DNA of 62,135 bases from Paraglomus brasilianum (lineage: Eukaryota). The stretch is from the NCBI GenBank assembly GCA_910592345.1, contig CAJVPI010000066.1, positions 1-62,135 on the forward strand. Direction: 5' to 3'. Positions 39,662-50,999 of this stretch are shown in pieces (the first letter of the stretch is position 1; each line of letters begins with the position of its first letter). The position numbers were made by a program, and so were the translations under genes. Under the pieces are notes generated by a model, which did not search any database, was not told the origin of the DNA, and was given only the letters and a program-made list of their open reading frames with translations.

Positions 39662-40902
39662 ATGTTGGCGAATCGATTTGTCAACCAAATACGAAATGGT
39701 GAGATTTGATCTCCATCTTTTAGCTTGATGCAGGGATCAGAATATAACTTCACGCCTGATTCTTCAATTGATCAGCTAGGAAAACTTTGGTGCCTAAAGG
39801 ATCAACTTACCTGTCAACCAACCGATCTGATGACATAGCTGACGAAGCGGCAGGTCGCTATTCACAGTCAAGTGGCAGTTCCAGAAAAGATTGGGGATTT
39901 CTATTTGCAGATACTGAACCTCAGATATCTGAATCAAGTTTGAAATCTAAACCAGAATCACGCAAAGGTGGTACACCGCGCGAGTCTAAACACAAACGAA
40001 TATTGACTTCTGAAGAGATGGAATCTTTTAAAAATATATTTTCGACACTGTTCAGTAAACCAAAATCAATGCAGGTACATGAAACAGAGAGAGAGATAGG
40101 AGCGCCGGCCATTGAGAGACATTTACTTTATTTGATAAAGAATAACGAACGAATGGCTCAGTCAGAGTCTCGTGTTCGACCGAAAGCAAGTTCTGCGGCT
40201 TTTGAAGAGCGTTTGAATAATCTCGCAAAGAGTGCGGCATGGTTTAGAAATAATTTTGAAGGAATACCAGCTACACGTGCTTCGAGATATAGGCCGCATT
40301 GGATTGGTTCAATGTCCATGACTGCCGATGAGCAGAACAAGTTAAAAGAGATGATCAACGAGCTTTCAAAATGTAGTACTAATTATGATTTTAGGGTATT
40401 TGTATGGGAGAATGTATTTCAGCGTGGAAAGGTGGGAAAAGCATCAAGCGACGTAAATCCATTTGTTAAGACAAGTCCGAAAGTATTCCCTCCTGGCTAC
40501 TCTCACCTTCTTAAAACGTCTATCGCACATTGCCGTAATGTGTTTAGAGATCCGTATATGGCCTTGTCCATATTTGAACAAGCCAAGAGACAGGGTTTTG
40601 AATCATATGTTGTCGGATGTGATACTCCTGTGTACAATGAGATATTGAAGATAAGATGGGATTTCTGGAAAGATGTACAGGGAATGGACGCATTGTTAAC
40701 AGAAATGCAGTCCAATGGAGTACTGTTCGATCTTGCGACCAAAGGAATAATTGAATCCGCTTTCGAAGAGAGCAGAATTGGGACGGTAGATAATATCAAA
40801 CATGATTTGGAACGCTTGCTGACGTTTGTCGAGATGTCGATTGATACATCTACTGAATCACATAGGTCGAACGATCGCTTAGACACACCGTTAGAACCGT
40901 AG
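39662..40902 (+). CDS. MTF2: Mitochondrial Mtf2/Nam1-family protein, ~387 aa, 2 exons
   Basis: Exons 39662-39698 and 39776-40902. Presequence-like MLANRFVNQIRNARKT. C-terminal FRDPYMALSIFEQAK..SYVVGCDTPVYNEILKIRWDFWKD..LLTEMQSNGV. Confidence 0.8.
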
Positions 40903-41752
40903 TATGTATTTTATATGAACAATAATGAGATTGTCAATTGAATATCGTACCGCTCAATGTCCTAGTTGATAACTGATGTTGGAGTTCCGATCAGACAAAC
41001 ACTATTAAAAGGCAGATACGTTTTGTTGTGTTTCCTCCAATAATGAACAACCCAATTGTATACTCATCACATTTACGAATCGAATCCCATGTCTTGTCTG
41101 AATAGCACGCTGTCTGGAACCTACCTCCGTTAACAATATTTGGTCTATCGAAATCAATATGGGAGCACGGACATGTTTATTTATGGAGACTGTTTAAAAT
41201 CATCTTCACTTATGGTTATCAGTCAAATCCACTCTTTTTTATTCAAAAGAAGGAACAACTGGCAATTATACACGTCGCGCCTAGTAATTTCATCTCGTTC
41301 CATCAGGATCTTGTTGATATATTTGGAAAGTCGCGTAATAGTAACTTATAGGATCTAACGCCAAATGGTCATGGGACTTATAAAGCCAGCCAACTTGCTC
41401 AAAGAAAAATAAGCGCGCTGTTGAATTTTTAAATCATTTGCAGACATTGGATTTCGCATATATTATGTGCGTTTTTTTCATGTAGGTTATGTATGAACAC
41501 ACAATCAATTAAAATGTTGAAAATCCCCGGTCTGATATTAATCGTGTCATGTGTCAAAATACTTGCCTGATCTGATGATCGTCCCTTCTCCATACACATG
41601 ATTGGTTGATGCAAATGTTGCTCTATTTTTAACATAACGCGACTAACATTAAGTAGATCGAACTAGCGATATTAATACCGGGACCCCGCTCCGTTCTCGA
41701 CCTCATAGCATATACACTTCGTCCTCTATACATAAACACTATTTTCACAATT

Positions 41753-42791
41753 ATGTCCAAGCGACGGCAGCCACAACAAATGCAGTCAGGTAAATTGCAG
41801 CAGCAGGAGGGATCGCGTGTTAAACGCCTGAAAGGGGCTTTTCAGCGAGGATTAGTCGACACATTAAAAGATTCCAGGTAGACTAATCGCCAAGTTCAGG
41901 CTTTCTCGTATGAAACTGTTACTTGAGTAAATACTAACATTTTTTGGAAGCGTCTTTTCCTATTCCAACTGCATGGTTTAACCTTTTTCCCACCTATATA
42001 CTATGATAATAGTTATCCCAAGTTAGCGAGTGCTTTTCCAGCACTGGCAGAGAAGGCTCCAGATAACTTACAAGCAGCGCACGAGCAGACAGTTGAATTT
42101 ATCAGAAAGAGTGCCGAGGCATGTAAATAAGCTTTGTCGAACTGTTTGTCAATGCGGGCGTCTCTTCTTCTAATGTTTAAATTGCACTATCTCACAGCAA
42201 GAGTTCGATGCAATAATAGAAAAGTACGATGTGGTGGCGAAGCTCAACGAGCTGGATACGTTGATAAACGAAGCAATCGAAAACAAACGGAATGGGCATA
42301 CACCGTCAGGCTCCATAGTGTAAGTGTACACTGATTGTAAAGACCACTTTTTACGTAATATGCTTATTACGTACAAAATTCACATTACCACAGAGGCACC
42401 CACATTTCCCCAGCAGCGAGAGTTCGATCAAAAGCCATGGAAGCTCGCTTACAAGAAAAAGCTAGATTGCTAGAAGAACTTAATAAAGTGGAAAGTGATA
42501 ATACAAACCTAAAAATCGAACTAAAGACGAAGAAACAACGGCAACGGGTTTTAGAGACGGATCTAATTAATCTTGTAAAAGAATTACAACAGGTGGGTTT
42601 CTTTCGATAAAATCGCATTTACTATTACTGGATTATGGTAATCACGCTTTACTGACTCGGATAACAAACAGGTTGAAGAGTTCCTACAACAAAAGTTAAT
42701 AGAATCGGTAAGCTTTTGACAGTTATCTTGGTTGTAATCTGTTTAATTCTAAGACTGTTTACAAAAACGTTATCAATTTCAGGAACTCTAA
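41753..42791 (+). CDS. NNF1: Kinetochore MIND/Mis12 complex subunit Nnf1 (PMF1), 198 aa, 6 exons
   Basis: Exons 41753-41877, 42013-42118, 42198-42319, 42394-42592, 42672-42707 and 42783-42791; intron 2 is GC-AG. Motifs AFPALA, EFDAIIEKYDVVAKLNELDTLINEA and a C-terminal coiled coil. Confidence 0.85.
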
Positions 42792-45700
42792 TTAATAATA
42801 AGCTTGTTATGTATACATAATTTTTCTTAAGGTGTATATAATAAATACTTTACTGTGACAATTTGCATAATTATAATTGTTATTGAAATGGCATAATAGC
42901 ATTAATTGGATGTTATCTTTTGCTGTGCTGTTTCTAAAGTATTTATTACTATGATTGCTTGGTACAAAGAAAGATGGTATATGCATAATATACGTGTGGA
43001 GTTCAATAATTTGACTACATGATCTTTATTTACAAAATAGTCAATGGATTAAACTCTAAATTTTAAAGTCTTAGTATTAAGAATCTTTCTCATACTGGTA
43101 GACCATGGGGAGCTGTTACTAATCAGAATATTCAAAGGAAAAAAAAATACAAAGCTTCCTTCAAGAGAGCCATCAGAGTTGTGAAGTTTCATTGGATGAG
43201 CCCACTACATTTCACATAGTGAATAGAGGTTTGGAATATGCTCAGGAACTTTAGCTACTCTTGAACAGGTTTAACTACCTTTATAACTGCAAAGAAAGAA
43301 AAGTTTTGCATTTTTCCACCTCTGTAGATGGTTTTTGAATCTACCCTTTACATATTACAATAGTGAACATACTCTTGCCTCTGCGATAGGTGATGTAAAG
43401 ATTTAATTTCAAAACACCTGCTTCTACAGTTTGTAAGCGCGCACTATAGTATGAGCGATCATCTGGACTTTGACAGATTAGCTGTTAGATAAAATGCTAG
43501 TATTGTTGCAGAAACCACACAATTTTTAAAGAAAATCCCGAAATGGAATCAGTCGCGCTGATTTACAACACTTGAGAATTAGCTTCTTCTTTTTCCTGCT
43601 GATACGTTAATTCTTTTCCTCAGTTAGCGACGGTTACGTCTAATGGCTATCTTATTCTTGCAGGTTGGCTATATAGTAAATCTAAGTCTAATTTCAATGT
43701 CCGAAAATCGATAATATTTCGTGTGCGCGCGTTTATCAAGCATCTGTTGTCACTGCAAAGAATCACAACTCGCGTGACGTGTAAAACTGTGCAACGAAAT
43801 CAAGGACATAACCGTTACCACTCCAATGCATGGTCAACGACTTACTTGATTTACATAAGGCTTGTTTGGTTTACCAGAGATTATCCGTCGGATCAAATAG
43901 TAGTAGTAGAGGTGTAGAATATAGTAAGTAGTTGACTTTATTAATTTACCCAATATGGTTAAGTATTTATTAGTTGTTTGTTAATATTATCGCACGGTGA
44001 GTCTCTTCATATAATCCCATGAGAATTTTAACCAATATTAATTTTATCCGCGTATGTACGAGAGAACATGTTGATTTAAAACAATGTTTTTTCGATGAAC
44101 GCTAAGCGTGTTGTGAGAAAATGTTAATGGTTTACGAGTAAATAAATACAAAATTCCTAATTGTGAGTTTATGCAGTAGGTATAATTGAGTAAGTTACGT
44201 GTTAATTATAGTGCTATTCTCACGAAAATTGTCCCTATTTATCAACAATGAAAGATCCAACAGCCTTATTATTATGGTTGTGACCATGTTGGAAGTCTTT
44301 TGTAGCAGTTTCATTCATGGGAATTCAGATTGCAGATAGTAAAATAACATTTGATAACCAAATGAATGAAATACCAGAGGAATTATCCTCACCACTTTGA
44401 AGCGCCCAATTAACTATGCATATTAACCATAATAATAAAAGATTTTATGTAAGAGAAATACAATATTGAATAGCATTATCAGACAGACCGTAATAAGAAT
44501 AATAACGCGCGCTTAATTTTGGAGGAGTGAATCATATTAACTATTGTTCAAAAAGAACCGATAATGCCGTACTTCAGAGGTACATCTATTCATAAAATGA
44601 CTATATAAGAGGCGATCATAGTCACTCTATGTGGTTAATAAGACGTTTGGGATGGTCGTGTGAATGTGTAGAATCGATGATATTGGGAGCGCCTATTACT
44701 ATTGGATGATGCATGTGACGGATGCAGATTATACACCAGATTTCTGTTGCTAGTTTACATTGCTCACAGTAAAGAGCAGAACTGAGCGGATACGCATTTG
44801 CTAGCGGAAGTCGAATAAGGTTCCGGTTAAATTTTACTAGTTGCAATGATTGGTGGAGAGAATTCAGTTAACTGTTATTCTACAGGGCTGTTCACATGAG
44901 TATCAAACCCAGACGTTTTCCGCGCATAAAAGTTGTCCCTCTCTGTTGTTACGAAATATATTCATGTTGTCACATGATGCATGTTTCTGTGAAAAAACCT
45001 TAATTTTCAATATATTATTACATAATATTAATGTTAATATTAATACCTGAGCTGAAGTTAAATTGTTTATGATAAGGCGACTCGTGGCTAGTTGGTCAAA
45101 AAAGCGAGGATATAAAGTGTCTGTCTTTGTTAAGCATTGATTGTAAACATTCAATCTTCGAATAGCATCCAAACGTAGTTCGGTTTACGGACTTTTTTAG
45201 AAGGCCAGAACGTTGACGTTCCCTGCCGTTACGAAATTTCTTTTTTCGTATAGTTATCGCGAATAGACCAAGTGAAAAACACCAATCGTGGTTTAGAAAA
45301 TCAGGGTTTAGTCATTCAAAACTTTAAGTGAGAACGTGAATATCCTTGATTCTCTAAAAATAACTCTTGCTTTCAACATCGATTTCCCCAAACCTTAAAT
45401 TTCGTCATACCCGTTTCAAACAGACCGGGATTGTCTATTTTGTATTACTACTTCTATAACCTATGGGCTTTTGATCACGCAATTAATAACTGACACACGT
45501 TTCGTTGTATAGCGTGTGCGAATTGTCAGGAGAGTCATTATGAATTTCAATTTGAAATCAATTCTCATATTACAAAGACCTGACGGCCAGACTAGAGTCG
45601 GCCACCTATTGTTGTCTAGATATTAGCCAAGCGAAAAAGCGCCCGCATGGATTTGTTTTACCAATGGTCAACAACCAATCCCTTCAAATTCTTTAATTCA

Positions 45701-47072
45701 AAAAGTTCAATTGGTCCGTTCTACGTTAAACAAGAACGATGGTTTTTTGGAATAGTCATGATTACTAGTATTGGTATCAAACTCGCACGCTGAATGAAAG
45801 AACAGGTGGGAATAGACGATACTTAAATGTCATCCATTTAACCGTTTTAACAGCCATACTAATACAGTATCTCCTCAGGTTGTATGCTTGTTTTTACATT
45901 AATTCTCTCGGAAAACGAATTCTATTGTGTGCTAAGGTAATAATTGTGGTACCACAAAGCTTAAGTATATACCATTACTACTACTCGTGCATTTTTGTTA
46001 CTCTGCATCGACCCATTTTGACAATATTAAATAGGTTACCAAAAGAAGAGAAGACTGTCGTTGATGCCGAGTTGATGAGCGCGTCATAGATTTACGATTG
46101 TACAAGTATCTTTGTATGCAATAGACATTGTCTATTATTCTTAGCCCCGTTTAGCTTGACGAATTTCTAATAGACTCGAGCAAAGTAATACAAAAGCAAC
46201 CATATTATGGAATTTGTAATCTCGACAGAGAACAAAGCATTCTTCAATAACGATACAATCGTCATGATGACCATACCGACCGACGGCCCATATTAATGTT
46301 CCTCTCTCTCTTATGCTTTTCGGCTGTACGGAATTGGGTATACCCCGTGTCACTAACACTGTTGGTGCCTTTCCTTATAAAGAACGTATACGAATGTCGC
46401 TATTTTAACGGGCTTCGTTGATTGAGAATTTATGCTTGCTCGTCATTTTGTTTGTTTTTATTATTTCTGCCCTTATTTATTTGTTATCCCCACCAGAATA
46501 TTGGTGATTACAATATTAATTGTTTGGACAATAAAATAAATATTGTCCTCCCCCTTCCCTCCCCCCAAATGCGTGTGTGTGTGTGTATGTGTTAGTGTGT
46601 TCTGTTATTACTATTACTACTACTTATATTACCATTACTATCACTATTATTGTTAATATAATTTATATAGCCAATATCTTGATATTTCCCCCCCCATCTT
46701 CCCCTTTCTGCTAATCGCATTTTGTCACACCTTCCATCTCCGACTCCACTCAGCCCATCCAACTATATTCCCAAAAGTGTTGTCCATTAAGGAACGGGTC
46801 TCTAGCCAGAATTTCTCTTTTCTCCTCTTGCCTCCAATTTCTCTGGAACAAGTGGGCCACTGGCTGGTCCTATATTGCTCTAGGTATCCCGGTCACTCGT
46901 TTCGCTCAACATAAGATTACATATTGCTACAGCTTTGTTCTATCGATCGCTGCTATTGCTATTGTTTCTTCGCACACTGCACTGTAATTAGTATCTATAA
47001 CAAGACACATTTGAAAGTGAACAAAAAAAAAACAAATTAAGAAACAATATTCAAAGTAAAATAATTGTCACA

Positions 47073-48384
47073 ATGGACTCTTCAGGTTCACGAACTGCTA
47101 CTTTACCTGGTTTTAAAGAATACATTTCTTCAAGGACTCCTAAAACGGCTCAGTTTCAAAGAACATCTCAACAAATGTATGTTCCCCCTCTCTCACCGCG
47201 ACATACTTTCCACAACAACTCATCTCACCCTGACCTCATCACTCCGTCCAGGTCTTCCCCTTCACAACAGCCAATGTACGTCTCCAGGTCTCCTCCAAAG
47301 TCGTACTCCAACAATCTGTCTAGAAGTCCGCCGAAGATGACGCCTCAATCTCAAACCAGGAATACCACAACAACGAAAAAATCAAATGGCACATCCAGGC
47401 CCACTCCAAAACCATTAAACTTGTCTAAATCTTCTCATGTTTCCAATCTTGGCAGGGTTCCTCAGACGGCTACCTTCCCTCCAAAGGTAAATCGTGCATT
47501 AAATCTCCCTCAACCTCCTAAAACAGCCACCTTTGCAAAAACATCCTCAGGCTTTCCAAAGGATCTTCGCGTCCCTCTTCGCGTTTCTCAGATCCTTCCT
47601 CAGCCTGCGTATGCATACATGTACGATCAAGTTTATTTGCAGAGCTTGGAGTCTCCCAGACTGCGTAGGTATAGTGCATCGCCTGCTCCCATTCGACATG
47701 TGACAAGTAATTATCGTCAATATGAAATGGGTCCAGGTACGCCTGTTGTCGTATTAAGTCATCCAGACGACTCTGATTCGCAAGGATCCTCTCCGCCTAC
47801 TCCAGGACTTTATCCGGAAGGATACCCGAGCGCGGATCTCTGTGATTTTTATGGGATACCGTACGAAGGCGACGAGTTTGAGGAGAGTCAATATGGTTTT
47901 TACTATTACGATTATCCACAAGAGTATCTACCGCAGACACCTACTAGAACATCGCACACTCCAAGGTCCACTACCATCCCGGCTCCTTCAAAGGATCAGA
48001 GACGTAGAAGGTAATTACTTGCAAAGAGTTGCTGGTACATTGGTGGATTTAAAAAAAGTGTTTATCGAGCGTTTTGGTCTTGCAATAAATAGTACTGTGT
48101 GTTTGGGTGTGAATTTACGATTCATTCAACATTTTCACTCTTGCACGCCGATAAACGTTTTCAAAATTAATATTAAAATGCTCTTTTCTATACGCAGCGT
48201 CTTTGGTGGACCAATGAAAGTTCATCCGGATACCGTTGTCCCGATCCGTCAGCCAAAAGGGCCAGACATGGCGAAGAACTTTGCCACTCGCATTCGACGC
48301 AAGGCTGCTAGCAAGCTCTTGGCAGCAGCGGCTGAACGTCGTAGCAAGTCGGCGAGTGATAGGAGAAAATCAGCGATGTTTTGA
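47073..48384 (+). CDS. Ser/Pro/Thr-rich disordered protein with C-terminal RQPKGP..NFATRIRRKA motif, 374 aa, 2 exons
   Basis: Exons 47073-48010 and 48198-48384 join in frame (AG|C). The long pyrimidine-rich upstream region is promoter/UTR-like. Confidence 0.75.
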
Positions 48385-48978
48385 AGAGACTTAGTAGTAT
48401 TTGTATGGGGAAGGGGAGAAAATGAAGATAGTCTTTTCTGTGTTGTGTCTTCAACACACTCTTGTATGTAATAGTAACTGAGATTGTTTAATCTCATTGT
48501 AGAATTTTTTTTTCCTTTAGTGGATAGCCTTTTGTTAAAGTATGTAGCAAAATAAGATAGCTTATCCTAAACATTAAAGACGGTTATCTTGTAAAAGACA
48601 TTTTTCTTTACCTTTGGGACGAAAATACACACACACAAAAAAAAAGAAGAAAAAAAAAAGTATTGGTTGAATTATATATAATTATTATATTATTATTTGA
48701 AACCGAATATCGGTAGATCGATGTCGTCTTTTGTGTTTATCTTTACTTTATCTTGTTTCTTTTATTTTATTTTTTTTTTACTTCTCTTTCTTCTTTTGTA
48801 ATCATTATATTTTTAGGTACTATAACAGTACGTTCGAAAGAAAGTATGTTGGGTGAAAGGAAATTATAGTGGCTAGAAAATGACGAAGATAAAAAAATTC
48901 TAAATTTATTTACTTGCTGCTCATGGTAGTTAGTTTCGCATAGGATTTTTTAGCTAGATATTAGTGTCAGCACGATGA

Positions 48979-50819
48979 CTAGTATTCCCAAGTGAATCGA
49001 ATATACTCTGGAGTTGCGTTCTCATACTGAGTGGATAGATACTTGTCGTTATTGTTTTCGATGAATCTAAACATATAGTCAGTTGAATATGGGTCGTCCC
49101 TCGTACAATAACAAACGCTCTTTACTTACGTCACAAGATCCGATATAAAATCTCTCGTCAAGTCGTCCTGTTCTTCACTCATTCCCGATCGCTCGATTAA
49201 TGATGGAAACATTACTAAAAATCGGCATTAATATTAGCAAACAGACAGACACACATCAACGATACAATATTGCGCATACCTAATAATCTCAATAAATGCT
49301 CGGCGCCGTACAGCGAAGAGAATTCACTGTCAGGATGATTTTCACAAAGCATAGCAAACTGATATCTCTCAAATCGATATAGTAGCTGTCTGCCCAAAGC
49401 TACGTTGAAAAGACTCCGTAATTCGGATATTCGCTGTTCCCATAATTCTTCGATTGTGATCGTTTTAACTGCCGTCGTATCGTCCTTGTCGTTGTTCAAG
49501 TCAGAGTCAACAGACATCATTACGTTCTGATCAGGAACTTCATGCTTTACTGCCGAGTTTGCAGATTCATCTATTATCGATGCATCGGTCATTTCTATAT
49601 TTACATTGCGGTCTAATATCGATCCGTCTAACTTTGTCTTTTTTGTTCTCTTGCGTATCTGATTTCCATTTTCTAATTCCTTGTCATCGCTGTCATTGAT
49701 ATCGCGCTCGTCGTCATTGTCCTCGCCCTCTTCGTCATCGTCTTCACCTTCGTCTTCAAATTCTCCCGAACTCGATTTACTACCCTTACGACCGTTCTTA
49801 ATTTCCTCTTCTTCCATGTCCAGTCTGTACTCGAGATAATCGGCCAGGATATTGTCTACCGTCGGCAATCTTGGCATTTTTATCAACTATGTTGTAAATA
49901 GTGAACGGTAAGCGACAAGCTAACGGTAATATGTAAATGACAGCGTGGTATACCTGAAACCGAAGGGTAATATATTCCCAATCATCAAGGAGTTTTGTCT
50001 TTGTATGACTCGAGGTTTCTAATAGTAACCTCCACTCTTCGTCGGGATACTAAGAGATAACTAGAGATATTGGCGTCGGTCGATTAAAGGTAGATATGTC
50101 GAGAGAAGCAAACCAAAAATCTTACATCATCATCGTAGTAATCTATTAATACGAATTTTAGCGAATTTGTCAGCTAGTTGCATCGTCTTTAAAGCTAAAC
50201 ACAACCTTGTCTTTGTATATAGTTCTCACCCTCGCCCTCATCGTCTTCATACTCTGACTCGTAGATTTCGGACGAGGACTCATCTAGCAATTCAGCATTA
50301 ATGTTTTCCTTTGCCATCAGTTCAATCTTTAGCTTCTGTTGCACGGCCTTGTTATCTTTGTTTAATCTGAGAAGCCTTCCTTCGCTAACCCATTCGTCCC
50401 ATCTAATCATTGAACCGTATTAGCTAAAGGTGATTTTGCTGTGATAAAAAGATGCATAATCTCTTACTTGGAATTCCACCCTGTATAATGGACCTTGTAT
50501 TGCGGCCCATCTCCATCAGAATCATCGGATATCGCACGAATATCAGTTATCTGTAATAAAATCAAAAGGCAATTTCATCAATGATCTTGATCGTTATCAA
50601 TCGCAAAACAGAACATTTGCTGCTGCATACTGTTGCATCGTATAGCATGGGTCCATGATAACAAAGAACTCTATCGTCTTTTTTAAATGAAAGTTGCGCA
50701 TGTCTTGTGGCATTATTCTCTTCGTAATCGGACTGCTCGCTATCTTCCAGGCCGGAAGAACTCAGATCGGACATGTCGTCGTCAAAAACGTCGTACGATT
50801 CGTCCATGATCGTATCCAT
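48979..50819 (-). CDS. Eaf3/MRG15-family chromo(Tudor-knot)-MRG protein, ~445 aa, 8 exons
   Basis: Exons 50819-50631, 50550-50468, 50402-50230, 50142-50126, 50049-49954, 49886-49280, 49214-49130 and 49066-48979. Chromo barrel VLCYHGPMLYDA..YKVHYTGWNSKWDEWV. MRG domain KLLDDWEYIT, FNVALGRQLLYRFER and LYGAEHLLRL. Confidence 0.92.
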
Positions 50820-50900
50820 ACTATCTCATCAACTACTACTATAGGATATAGTACGTTTAGGTGGCTGGTTGTGACCTGGTGGTGGACGATCTCGAGTATA

Positions 50901-50933
50901 TCACGTGATATGTGAATGTATTTAAAAAATTTT
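50901..50933. promoter_or_regulatory. Extended TCACGTGA element plus RRPE-like AAAAATTTT in the 180-bp MRG/UTP20 bidirectional promoter
   Basis: TCACGTGATATGTGAATGTATTT followed by AAAAAATTTT. An ACGCGT (MCB-like) lies at ~50983. Confidence 0.6.
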
Positions 50934-50999
50934 ATGGTCAAACCTTTTAAGCATACAATTTGTACGTTTTTTTTTTAACTTAACGCGTCCTATAGAAAA

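Noticed and set aside
48019..48156. Complementary segments in the intron of the 47073 gene (GTTTATCGAGCGT / ACGCCGATAAAC)
   Set aside because: A 12-bp bulged stem is within chance expectation without covariation data.
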